Shown one piece after another: positions 35,537 through 44,631 of a stretch of DNA of 64,000 nt. A program made the position numbers and the translations under genes. This stretch comes from Acidilobaceae archaeon (GTDB taxonomy: Archaea; Thermoproteota; Thermoprotei_A; Sulfolobales; Acidilobaceae): contig JALWTO010000040.1 in NCBI GenBank assembly GCA_027082825.1, forward strand, positions 77,863-141,862. Reading direction: 5' to 3'. The notes beneath the pieces were generated by a model, which saw nothing but the letters and a program-made list of their open reading frames with translations, was not told where the DNA came from and made no database searches. How positions within the stretch are numbered: position 1 is the first letter of the stretch; every line of letters begins with the position of its first letter.

Positions 35537-36793
35537 TTGTTAAAAATAGTACTACAGAGGAGCGCTGAGTTAGATAGACGTTTAGAAGCCTTCACAAGAA
35601 GTCTTTCATATTGTCTCTCAAGAGGTCTTGAGGAAGGAATTCTAAAAATATATACCTATCCTTCACCTGATGCTCTTGTGGCGTCGTCCCTTCTAGCATT
35701 CCGGGCATCTACTGAAGGGATAAGATCATCGCTTAATGTGACATATAGACTTCCTCAGACTGTAGAAGGCCCAACTATACTCATTGGGAATCTAAATGTC
35801 AACTATAAAAGTAGTGATGTATCAGATTGCCTTCTGGCTATCTCTTATGAAGATAAGCTCCCCACTCCACCACCTGGAGCTACCTATATTGAAGTCGACG
35901 GAAGTTTATCCTCTGCAATAGCTCTCTCTCTAATCAACGAAGGCTGGAAAGGCCCTAAAACCATTAAATTGTTAAGCCTAATAGGTACTTACTCAACCAA
36001 TTATGTTGATAAAATAGGAAAAATCCATGGTATTGATTCCATCCTAGTGGAATCATTATCAGAACATGGAATCTCAATGGTGACAAGCATTAAAGCATAC
36101 AAACCACATCAATTGACCCTTTGTAAAGCTCTATCAATAACAATAAACCCTTACTATCCTTACATAACCGGTGATGAAGAGAATTGTAAAAAGCTCTTTG
36201 AAAATGCTGGCAAAGATGAGTTAGCAGAGAGGCTTCCGTCAAGTCTAAATGCTGATGAGTTAGCTAAGGTTTCAAAGATAATTATGGAAAACGTAGAGGG
36301 AATTTCAAAAAGAAGGATAGACCCTTCAGAGTATTTCGGTGGTATACTTACCCTCCCTCAATATCCAGGTGATCCCAGAATGGCCGCTGATGCACTTTTA
36401 GCTTCTGCAGAGGTTCTTAGGGACCCTCTTATTTACCTTGCCTCATTTATGGACTTTGAACATGAGTATCCAATAGTCGAGTCTTTTTTGAGACAAATGG
36501 CAAAAAATGCTAAATTAGAGCTTCCAAACATCAGGCTAAGAAAGATAAAAGGACCTGGGTGGCTAAGAATATTTGCAATATCAGACACCTCACTTTCTCT
36601 AACCCTGACATATAGAGCCCTTAAATTATTAGGTCTTATTGATAAAGAATCAATAATAGCCTATGAGGCCGGGAAGGAAATCCTTGCTTCACCTTTTCAA
36701 GTAGATGAAGCCCTTGGTATTGGTTCAACAAAAAAACTTATTGAATCTAAAGCTGCCGATATTGACCAGTTTTTCTTAAAGCTGAGGATTTAA
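35537..36793 (+). CDS. hypothetical protein; possibly a degenerate DHH (RecJ/Cdc45-like) fold
   Basis: 418 aa. The N-terminal ...ILKIYTYPSPDALVASSLLAF... resembles DHH motif I (HxDxDGxxS) with the catalytic residues replaced. No DHH triad found. Weak, motif-level only. Confidence 0.25.
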   Translation: MLKIVLQRSAELDRRLEAFTRSLSYCLSRGLEEGILKIYTYPSPDALVASSLLAFRASTEGIRSSLNVTYRLPQTVEGPTILIGNLNVNYKSSDVSDCLLAISYEDKLPTPPPGATYIEVDGSLSSAIALSLINEGWKGPKTIKLLSLIGTYSTNYVDKIGKIHGIDSILVESLSEHGISMVTSIKAYKPHQLTLCKALSITINPYYPYITGDEENCKKLFENAGKDELAERLPSSLNADELAKVSKIIMENVEGISKRRIDPSEYFGGILTLPQYPGDPRMAADALLASAEVLRDPLIYLASFMDFEHEYPIVESFLRQMAKNAKLELPNIRLRKIKGPGWLRIFAISDTSLSLTLTYRALKLLGLIDKESIIAYEAGKEILASPFQVDEALGIGSTKKLIESKAADIDQFFLKLRI

Positions 36794-36797
36794 TTGT

Positions 36798-37070
36798 TTG
36801 GTGATAAACTTGGGGACATGCTCAGCAAAGATAAAAATAAAGTCTAGTCTAGCCAAAGAGATGCTAAAGACCATACAGCCTGAGAACGCAATTGCTCCCA
36901 AAAATTTGAGCATAAACTGTTATTTTCATGCCGAAGAACTTATCTGTGATCTAAATCTTACCTGCAATAATTCTAAGGAGCTTTTGAGACTAAGGAATAC
37001 AATAGATGACATATTACAATCATTAAAAATTTTCCTAAATATTGTTGACGCAACAAGCGAGAGCTTATAG
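36798..37070 (+). CDS. pcc1: KEOPS complex subunit Pcc1-like
   Basis: 90 aa. The pattern AKIKIKSSLAKEMLKTIQPEN...LICDLNLTCNNSKELLRLRNTIDDILQSLKIFLNIV fits the Pcc1 two-layer fold consensus (A.i.i.f....A..v...l.pE ... LR...ns.l.wl). Confidence 0.5.
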   Translation: MVINLGTCSAKIKIKSSLAKEMLKTIQPENAIAPKNLSINCYFHAEELICDLNLTCNNSKELLRLRNTIDDILQSLKIFLNIVDATSESL

Positions 37071-37109
37071 GTTGCTGTTAAATAGCCTTATAGTTGCGGG
37101 CGAGGTACT

Positions 37110-37757
37110 GTGCCAGGTAGGTCGTCAGTAAAGGATACATGGAAACTTAAGAAATGGTATACAGTCTTAGCTCCACCTCTCTTCGGGGAAACTCCCCTAG
37201 GACTAACCCCAGCTGATCAGCCAGAGAAACTAATAGGTAGGATTATGGAAGCTACTCTCTATGATATAACAGGCGACTTTGCACACGTCCATATTAAACT
37301 TTACTTTCAAATAACTAAAATTGAAGGAGATACTGCCTATACCAGATTCAAAGGACATGAGCTTCTCAGAGATTACCTGAGAAGCCTCACAAGAAGAAAG
37401 AGCAGCAAGATAACAGGTATATTCAATGTGTGGACAAAGGATGGATATGGCCTTAGAGTTACAGCAATGGTGTTTACACGATATAGATGCAAGACAAGTC
37501 AGAAAAAACTAATAAGAAAGAAAATACAGGAGACTATCGAAAAGAGAGCTAAAGAAAATACCTTAGATGAGTTCATTCAGAGCATTATATTCAGCGATAA
37601 GGAAGGTAGTTTAGCTCAGGAAATAGATGCGGCTGCAAGAAAGATATACACGATCAGAAAAGTAGAGGTTGCAAAATCCAAACTTCTATGGATACCAGGA
37701 CCTAATGGACCAGAAAAAGCTGTGGTTATATCTCCTCTTCAGAATAAAAAGACCTAA
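37110..37757 (+). CDS. rps3ae: 30S ribosomal protein S3Ae (eS1)
   Basis: 215 aa. KKWYTVLAPPLFGETPLGLTPADQPEKLIGRIMEATLYDITGDF. Confidence 0.9.
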   Translation: MPGRSSVKDTWKLKKWYTVLAPPLFGETPLGLTPADQPEKLIGRIMEATLYDITGDFAHVHIKLYFQITKIEGDTAYTRFKGHELLRDYLRSLTRRKSSKITGIFNVWTKDGYGLRVTAMVFTRYRCKTSQKKLIRKKIQETIEKRAKENTLDEFIQSIIFSDKEGSLAQEIDAAARKIYTIRKVEVAKSKLLWIPGPNGPEKAVVISPLQNKKT

Positions 37758-38739
37758 CCCTTAGATGAGGGACTTGATATACAGCCTCAAGAATACCAGC
37801 TTCTCTAAGCAGCTCACAGAGCTTGCATAATTTCCTTTTAGGACTTGTTGGTTCTCCACATATTCTGCAGTTCTTCAAGATTCCTGTAGTAAGCCTCTTA
37901 GCCTCGTTTTCTAAAAGCATATCCAGAGTCTCTATTATTCTGAGCAGAGAGCCTGGTTTCTTCCACTCAAGCTCATAAAGAGCTTCTCTAACTCTTGCCC
38001 TTAGTGTTGGCATCATGCTTATGAACATACATTCTGTTTCCTGAAAGCCAAAGCCCTTAATATACGTGTAAGTGGTTGTCTCCCATTCATATATTTTCCT
38101 TAATGGCTTAATTCTCCTTACAAGTTTTTTGCTGGCAGGAGGAGCTAATGGGTGAAGCCTAAGAAGACCCACATAGTCCCCTCTTAATATATTAACAACC
38201 GCTGTCTGAGCCTCATCATCAAGATTATGTGCTGTGGCGACTTTGCTGGCACCATAAATTCTAGCATAGAAATTTAAGATTCTCCTTCTGAGTATCCCAC
38301 AATAGGTACATGGAGATACCCCTACACCTCTTTTTAGTGCTCTTTCAACTATTTCATAAAGGCTGTGACCTACATACTCTCTAATGCTAGTAACTATGAC
38401 ATCTACACCTCTGTCCTTTGCAAAGATCTTCATTCGATTGATATCTTCTTCTCTATTATATCTAGGTATTCCTTCTACTATAGATACGGCAAAGAGTCTT
38501 GAGGGCTTGTATATCTCTGAGAGAACTTCAAGGAGCACATAACTATCCTTTCCGCCGCTAAGACCTAAAAGTATGTTATCGCCTGGATCTATCATCTTCC
38601 ATTTATTTATTTCATTTATAATCCTGCTCCTTATATCTTTAATAAAACACTCCCGACAAAGCTTTCTACCTGTATGTGGTTGATATATACTAGCTGGTCT
38701 GATTTTACACACATCACAGAGAGCTGAGACCAATAGCAC
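37726..38739 (-). CDS. TtuA/Ncs6-type tRNA 2-thiolation PP-loop ATPase
   Basis: 337 aa. N-terminal zinc finger CDVC...CRECF, PP-loop LGLSGGKDSYVLLEVL, and C-terminal CRICGEPTSPKRKLCKLC. Confidence 0.75.
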   Translation of the reverse strand: MLLVSALCDVCKIRPASIYQPHTGRKLCRECFIKDIRSRIINEINKWKMIDPGDNILLGLSGGKDSYVLLEVLSEIYKPSRLFAVSIVEGIPRYNREEDINRMKIFAKDRGVDVIVTSIREYVGHSLYEIVERALKRGVGVSPCTYCGILRRRILNFYARIYGASKVATAHNLDDEAQTAVVNILRGDYVGLLRLHPLAPPASKKLVRRIKPLRKIYEWETTTYTYIKGFGFQETECMFISMMPTLRARVREALYELEWKKPGSLLRIIETLDMLLENEAKRLTTGILKNCRICGEPTSPKRKLCKLCELLREAGILEAVYQVPHLRVRSFYSEEEI

Positions 38740-38899
38740 TGTCCCCCATCTAGGTTACAAAGTGCCTCTGAGTTATAATCGTCTTTTGTGTAAAGTTCTA
38801 AGAAAACCAGCTTTATTTCCAATAATCTCTTTCTGTTCAATTACCAAAAAGTGGTACTTTAAACCTCCAATGCTTTTATTTTGGTAACATCGATGTGAA

Positions 38900-40276
38900 G
38901 TGCTGGTGGAGGATAGAGTGAGAAGAGCTACAAGTTACATCAAGCTTACGTTACTTTCTTTACTATTACTGATTATACTTTTTAGCACTACTATAAAGGT
39001 TACAGCCCAGACTGCGAACTTCGGATATAAGGTTGGAGGAAATGAGATAAACGTTTGGACACCATTCTACAATCTAACTTTGAACTTAACAAAAGGTATA
39101 GCCATAGACAAAATAGTCTATAAAAATGGTAATAAAGTACTCAATCTAGATAGCTGTTTCAAATCATATCCCACACTACTATTATTCGCAACAACAAACA
39201 GTACAAATGATAAATATGAAGTTAAACTTGGGAATGAAACCTATTATGTTACGTATCCAGGAAGCCTTTCATTCTATCCATGGAAAGTTAAATCGATAAA
39301 AAAATTTAATGACCATATGGTTCTAGTTTTGGTACCAAGTACACCAGCTTTAGCTGACATAAAACCTCTCCTGGTTGAAATAAAAATGATTATTTACTAC
39401 TATAATCCCTTAATAAACCTTACACTCACATTTATAAATCCGTCAAATAATAATATCATACTAAAAGGAAGAGAAGTTAACGGAACGATTTACGGACCCG
39501 AAATAGGTATTGCTCTATGCAAAACTCGGGCAAGTGGATGGACTCAAGGAATTATGATGATGAAAGATGGTAATTTAAGCATAAAAGTTGTCACACTTAA
39601 CAATTTAAGTGACATAATCAGAAACAACAAAGTTAAAATGGTCTTTCTTTATGCACCTAGAGGAAGTCCCTCTCCTATTTATATAATGGCCTTAAAGCCG
39701 ATAAATTCCTCTCCTGAAGGGGTAACAGGCTTCTCATCGGTGCTCTTAAGTCCTTTAGGAACAAAAGGAAAACCTAAAAAGCTCTTTCTTTATTCAGGAA
39801 TTCTAATTTATAAACCTATTAATCTAAAACCTAAGGAAAATACAAGCCTTAATCTAAATATTATTATTGCATACACACCTGATCCAGCTTCAATCTTTGT
39901 ATATAATCTCAATGACTTCTACTACGCATGGAATAAAGAGGTTTTCAACTATGATCTAAATCAGACATTCAAGTTTGGCGAAATGAGCAAAAACTTAACC
40001 ATACTTAAGGCTATCAATAAGAACCTTAATGAGAAGATTTCAAATTTTGAGAAAAAATGTGATAACCTTACTAAGGAAATAGGTGAAATAGAGGGCCAAC
40101 TTAATTACTTTAAAACCAATAATAAAATACTTAGCAATAACTTTGCTCAAATCAGTACTGAACTCAAAAGATACTCTATAAAAGAAGTAGGGCTCTTTAT
40201 TCTCGGCCTTTTCATTGGAATTTTAGGAGGTTGGATAGCATATTCAACAAAAATAAAGTTTGAAGGAAGAAAATAA
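38900..40276 (+). CDS. membrane-anchored extracellular glycoprotein (signal peptide, beta-rich ectodomain, coiled coil, C-terminal TM helix; SlaB-like architecture)
   Basis: 458 aa with a GTG start. N-terminal hydrophobic LTLLSLLLLIILFSTTIKVTAQT, more than 15 N-x-S/T sequons, the heptad-like segment KNLTILKAINKNLNEKISNFEKKCDNLTKEIGEIEGQLNYFK, and the TM helix VGLFILGLFIGILGGWIAY near the C-terminus. Confidence 0.6.
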   Translation: MLVEDRVRRATSYIKLTLLSLLLLIILFSTTIKVTAQTANFGYKVGGNEINVWTPFYNLTLNLTKGIAIDKIVYKNGNKVLNLDSCFKSYPTLLLFATTNSTNDKYEVKLGNETYYVTYPGSLSFYPWKVKSIKKFNDHMVLVLVPSTPALADIKPLLVEIKMIIYYYNPLINLTLTFINPSNNNIILKGREVNGTIYGPEIGIALCKTRASGWTQGIMMMKDGNLSIKVVTLNNLSDIIRNNKVKMVFLYAPRGSPSPIYIMALKPINSSPEGVTGFSSVLLSPLGTKGKPKKLFLYSGILIYKPINLKPKENTSLNLNIIIAYTPDPASIFVYNLNDFYYAWNKEVFNYDLNQTFKFGEMSKNLTILKAINKNLNEKISNFEKKCDNLTKEIGEIEGQLNYFKTNNKILSNNFAQISTELKRYSIKEVGLFILGLFIGILGGWIAYSTKIKFEGRK

Positions 40277-40296
40277 AGACGATGATCTATCTATTC

Positions 40297-41682
40297 TTAC
40301 TCAATGACCAAAAGCTTTAGAAGCTTCTCAGGACATTCTACTTTCTCTAAATTCCAAACAAGATTGATGGCCTTCTTAGCATTATCTTCGCTTATGGCAT
40401 TTCTAACCAAAGTCCAGAACTTCTTTTCAACACCTTTTCTATCAAGAGGGTTCTTGAAGTGACCTGGTGGATATGTCGATGAAGCCTCAAATTTTCTACC
40501 ATCCTTCATCCTGACTATAACAGTATTCTTTATTCCCTTAGGATAAAGCTTATCATGTTCTGGGTCAACTTCTACCTTCATTTTTTTCATGATCTTTCTT
40601 ACATCCTCGGCCAAATACCTTTCTTTTTTGAATGTATCCAACCATACTTTCCCATCAATAAGTGCTGCTGCTGTTATATAAGGCATACTATGATCTGCAG
40701 TCTCTCTGGTCTTAGGATCCCATTTCTCTGGATCTTTTATTATAATCTTGTAAGCTACATCAAACGTTTTTAATTTCACACTTTCTACATCATCAGGATT
40801 TATCCTTCCAGCTTGGTTAACAATGTCTAATGCTGCTTCAACAGCACTCATGGCATGATATTCAACAGGCCAGTACTTTATACTAGTCTCCAATATCTTA
40901 TATGAGGCATCACCTTCTCCTCCCATTTGCGGCAGATCAAACCTATCGCCACAAAGAGCAACATTAAAGACCCCAAACTCTCCTTCAAAAATGGGAGCTG
41001 GACCTGTCATTCCTCTCCAAGACAAAATTGTTGAAAAAACTCCGTTTCTTGAAGCATTAGCCGCTGCACATCCTTTCCACATACTCAACTCTCCAGCCCT
41101 TGTCTGACGCAAAGACCAGTTATTGTTTAGTGCATGATTTATAGCATGCTCTATTCTATCTATATCAAGGTCTAAGACCTTAGCGGCCCCCACAGCTGAA
41201 GCAACAGCTATATAAACAACATGATCCCATCCTCTTCCTCTTATGCTATAGGCATCAGCAAGCCTGCAGGCCACCTCGTAAGCAGCTACTATCCCTTCGA
41301 TTATTTTCTTACCATCAGCCCCTGATATCTCTGCAGCGGCAAGAATCGCTGGAATTACATCGCTTGGATGCAAAGCCTCTTTTGAAAGGTATGTATCATT
41401 GAAATCGAAATATCTTGTAGCACACCCATTAGCAAATGTAGCATGATCTGCTGAGGACCTATTAAAAGTCCCCCATATTGTTGCTGCTAATCTTGAACTT
41501 GAGGAGGACTCCGCTATCCATCTAGCTATTTTAACAGGTTCTTCATTAAATGCACCAAGAGCAACACCAAAAGCATCTAGAACCCTTTTTTTCGTCTCCT
41601 CAACAACACTCGAAGGAAGTCTATCATACTCTAAAGAATATGCCCATTCAGCTATTTTTCTTGAAAGCCTCACATTCTTCAC
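40297..41682 (-). CDS. MmgE/PrpD family protein (2-methylcitrate dehydratase-like)
   Basis: 461 aa with overall PrpD-like sequence features (N-terminal ...YDRLPSSVVEETKKRVLDAFGVALGA..., ...HPSDVIPAILAAAE...). Confidence 0.75.
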   Translation of the reverse strand: MKNVRLSRKIAEWAYSLEYDRLPSSVVEETKKRVLDAFGVALGAFNEEPVKIARWIAESSSSSRLAATIWGTFNRSSADHATFANGCATRYFDFNDTYLSKEALHPSDVIPAILAAAEISGADGKKIIEGIVAAYEVACRLADAYSIRGRGWDHVVYIAVASAVGAAKVLDLDIDRIEHAINHALNNNWSLRQTRAGELSMWKGCAAANASRNGVFSTILSWRGMTGPAPIFEGEFGVFNVALCGDRFDLPQMGGEGDASYKILETSIKYWPVEYHAMSAVEAALDIVNQAGRINPDDVESVKLKTFDVAYKIIIKDPEKWDPKTRETADHSMPYITAAALIDGKVWLDTFKKERYLAEDVRKIMKKMKVEVDPEHDKLYPKGIKNTVIVRMKDGRKFEASSTYPPGHFKNPLDRKGVEKKFWTLVRNAISEDNAKKAINLVWNLEKVECPEKLLKLLVIE

Positions 41683-41795
41683 CTCTGCCTTTTTAGAAAG
41701 AAATATGAAGGGAATGAAATTTCTTATACCTTGAATAAGTATAAGTGGTTTTTAGAGTGTTGTAATGTTTAAGGATCTATCAGGGGGACAGAATA

Positions 41796-42809
41796 TTGCT
41801 AATCACAAAGAAATATCCATTTATTGTTAGCATAAAAGATGTCTTAAGAAAGGAATTAGGTATTGAAACCGATATATCAGTCCTAATAAGGGATCCTTGG
41901 CTTGTAGAGCTTACTTTAAAAAGGTTTACTGAATCTCTTAGAGAGAAAATAGCTCCAGAAAGTAGTGGAGAAACTTTCTTTGAGGAAATAAGCTCCTTTT
42001 ATCTTTCAATGACTGTTGCAAAAAACTTAGGAATAAGAATACTTGAAAAGATTATAGATGCTGAGGTTAATAGAGTAAGGAGTTTCCTAAAAAAGGAAAG
42101 CTTCGATACACTCGTTGAACTTTGTAAAGGACTTGGGATCACCATTTTAAACAAAAAGGAAAGCTTTCCTTGGTATATAGATATTGCAACTGGCAAAAAG
42201 ACTAACAGAGTTCTAAATATAGCCATACCTGTAAGCGAATATCTTAGAGGTATTGCAACCTCCGATACCAATGAGCTTGCACTTCAAAACTCTTTTCTTA
42301 AGAAAGGACTGATATATCTTGATAGGAAAAGACTTGAACTTATGTTAGTAGAAATAATCAGAAAGAAACTTAAGGAAATTGTAAATGAATTACCTGAACT
42401 AAATTCAAATGAAGAAATAGTGGCTAAAGCTAAGCATATAGCCTCAAAATATCTTGGGCCGCTGGACATATCTCTATCCTCTAAAGATCTGCTAAATAAC
42501 TTGCCTCCATGTCTCTCTAAGTTGATCGATGAGGCAAAAAAGAATGGCCTCGAATCACTTGAGCTGGAAAAAGGCCTTCTACTTGCCAACTTTCTCGCAT
42601 CAATGAAGGAAACTTCTTTAGTAAAAGAGATATTTTCAAATGATCCTAAACTCAGACCCTTTATGGAGCTTTTATTTACACTCAAAAGAACAGGTGCATT
42701 CATACCCACCTGTTCTCGGCTTAAAGAGTTGAACCTATGCTTAGAAAAATGCCTTGAAAAAACACCTCTCCATGCATATATAAAAAAGATCAAGAGCAAA
42801 AATCTTTAA
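41796..42809 (+). CDS. priL: DNA primase large subunit PriL
   Basis: 337 aa. The C-terminal Fe-S domain pattern LPPCLSKLIDEAKKNG...LLLANFL... followed by IPTCSRLKELNLCLEKC gives four Cys, as in archaeal/eukaryotic PriL. Confidence 0.6.
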   Translation: MLITKKYPFIVSIKDVLRKELGIETDISVLIRDPWLVELTLKRFTESLREKIAPESSGETFFEEISSFYLSMTVAKNLGIRILEKIIDAEVNRVRSFLKKESFDTLVELCKGLGITILNKKESFPWYIDIATGKKTNRVLNIAIPVSEYLRGIATSDTNELALQNSFLKKGLIYLDRKRLELMLVEIIRKKLKEIVNELPELNSNEEIVAKAKHIASKYLGPLDISLSSKDLLNNLPPCLSKLIDEAKKNGLESLELEKGLLLANFLASMKETSLVKEIFSNDPKLRPFMELLFTLKRTGAFIPTCSRLKELNLCLEKCLEKTPLHAYIKKIKSKNL

Positions 42810-43422
42810 TGCTATCAATATTACTAACCAGATTCCGGAGCCTTTTACGACCCTCAAAAAGTATTTCATTAGCTAGTAATACAAGTACCTTTAAATCATT
42901 ACCTCTTATAAGAACTTTCTTTTTAGTCTTAAGTGGGACTATCATTTGTGTAGGACTATTTATCTCTACAGTACAACAGCTAGGTCCTCTTTCATCAATG
43001 CTAATTATTCCACTATGTTTGAATCCACTTCTTCTTGCAATGTTTAGCAATGCCGAAGCACACTCAAAATTCTTTATTCTAAAATGAATTATAGGGCCTG
43101 TGACCTTGAGCCAGAGAGGGGCCAGATCCCTTGAAAGTACTAATGCTATCTTAAACTCATCAACTTTACTATGTGTTTTTAACACTATTCTTGAATCTTC
43201 CCTTCTTTCCCAAGGAAATTCTGCCTCAACTATAGTTATACGACCTATACAACTACTAGTAGTCACAACGTTTTCTAAGGAGTTTATTTTATAGAGTATC
43301 TCCTCAGCACCAGGATCCAAATACGAGACTAGCCTTTCTTCAAGAAGTGAATCTAAGTACTTATTTTTAAATTCGTACCAATTATCTTCTTTACTACCTC
43401 TTTTTGATGTCAAGATCCACAA
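42790..43422 (-). CDS. taw3: tRNA wyosine-derivative methyltransferase Taw3 (TYW3 family)
   Basis: 210 aa. TYW3 signature VVTTSSCIGRI plus ...WLKVTGPIIHFRIKN... and GFKHSGI. Confidence 0.7.
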   Translation of the reverse strand: MWILTSKRGSKEDNWYEFKNKYLDSLLEERLVSYLDPGAEEILYKINSLENVVTTSSCIGRITIVEAEFPWERREDSRIVLKTHSKVDEFKIALVLSRDLAPLWLKVTGPIIHFRIKNFECASALLNIARRSGFKHSGIISIDERGPSCCTVEINSPTQMIVPLKTKKKVLIRGNDLKVLVLLANEILFEGRKRLRNLVSNIDSIKDFCS

Positions 43423-44266
43423 CCACCTGATAGATTCTTGGACCTACAAGCCTGACAATTCTTGCTGAACTTCCAATAACCTTAGCACCAAGACCCTCAG
43501 CCCTCCTTCTAGCGAGGCTGATAGCCTTTGCTAAAGGATCCTCTCCTTTAAGAGCTCGTATATGAAGATATATATGGATAATTCCTCTTTTTCTAAGAGC
43601 CTGAAGCGCATATTCTGTATAATCAAGAGCTAGCCCAGGTAAAGGCATTAATACTCTTGATGCGAGATCCGTAAGTTTTCTCTTAATGATCTCAGCTGAA
43701 TCCCCTAAATGAGGAATCACTCTATCCTCGACCTTATTTATTTTTATATTTTCCACCATAAACTTCCAGGCAAAGGGATTTACATCAATACTATGGACTA
43801 ATCTAACCTTGGACTTACATGCAATTATTATAGAGAAAGTTCCCACGCCAGCAAACATGTTTACAACTTTCTCTCCTTCCCTAACAAGCTTTGCGACTCT
43901 CAAATGCTCATAGCTAAGTCTTGGTGTTAGAAAGGCCTTAGTTATATCAACTTTAAATTTACATCCATATTCCTTGTAAATAGTTTCTGACCTCCTTTCA
44001 CCTGATAGATGCACATACTTTTTTCTCACACGATACTCTCCAGCAGCTGGCGTGATAGCCAGCCAGACACTTTTCACATTTTTATGTATCTTCATTATCT
44101 CATTTGCTATTATCCTATATTCATCAAGTGAGAGAGGATCCTTTAGCCCAGCGAGCCTAGGACTCTTCACTATGGCTATATCTCCAATTATTTCCAACCT
44201 GTCCCATACTTTTCCTGCAATATCGTTTCCAAAAATCCTCTTAACTATGTCCCTTATGATGCCCAA
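43394..44266 (-). CDS. Met-10+ family tRNA enzyme (Trm5 / Taw2-like)
   Basis: 290 aa. WDRLEIIGDIAIVK N-terminal, SAM motif VVNMFAGVGTFSIIIA, and DVNP. Overlaps taw3 by 29 nt, suggesting a wyosine-pathway pair. Confidence 0.7.
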   Translation of the reverse strand: MGIIRDIVKRIFGNDIAGKVWDRLEIIGDIAIVKSPRLAGLKDPLSLDEYRIIANEIMKIHKNVKSVWLAITPAAGEYRVRKKYVHLSGERRSETIYKEYGCKFKVDITKAFLTPRLSYEHLRVAKLVREGEKVVNMFAGVGTFSIIIACKSKVRLVHSIDVNPFAWKFMVENIKINKVEDRVIPHLGDSAEIIKRKLTDLASRVLMPLPGLALDYTEYALQALRKRGIIHIYLHIRALKGEDPLAKAISLARRRAEGLGAKVIGSSARIVRLVGPRIYQVVVDLDIKKR

Positions 44267-44346
44267 CTATGTCACCAACGAATTCAGTTAGCAATAGAAG
44301 CTCCTTCTGAGCAACTATAGATTTTTGTTTCCTTTCCACATATCTA

Positions 44347-44631
44347 TTGTCTGGGGGGTCTATGGATAACTTTGAAGAGAGAATCTTAAATCTTATTCAA
44401 AAAGCAGAGAAATTAAATGAACAAGAAAAAGCTATACTGAGATATTTCCTATCTAATGTTTCTGTTGGTGACATCAGGGCAGTTCTCGATCTTAAAACGA
44501 AAGGCATAGATGAGCCTGAAAGAGTGATTACTAAGCTTATAGACGAGGGATTTCTAGAGAAGGGGGAAGGCTGTTACAATCTCGTTAAAGAGCTCAGATC
44601 CATAAGTATAAGGAAGAAGCTTCAAATTTGA
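44347..44631 (+). CDS. small winged-helix-like protein (hypothetical)
   Basis: The likely start is ATG at 44362 after a GGGGGG run (MDNFEERILNLIQKAEKL...). ...ITKLIDEGFLEKGEGCYNLV is wHTH-like (recognition helix plus wing). Confidence 0.45.
   Translation: MSGGSMDNFEERILNLIQKAEKLNEQEKAILRYFLSNVSVGDIRAVLDLKTKGIDEPERVITKLIDEGFLEKGEGCYNLVKELRSISIRKKLQI

Noticed and set aside
38631-38840. 69-aa minus-strand ORF overlapping the 5' end of the TtuA-like gene.
   Set aside because: It is out of frame with the thiolase gene, has no motif, and covers the promoter region. The TtuA-like N-terminus (CDVC...CRECF zinc finger) is already complete from 38739.
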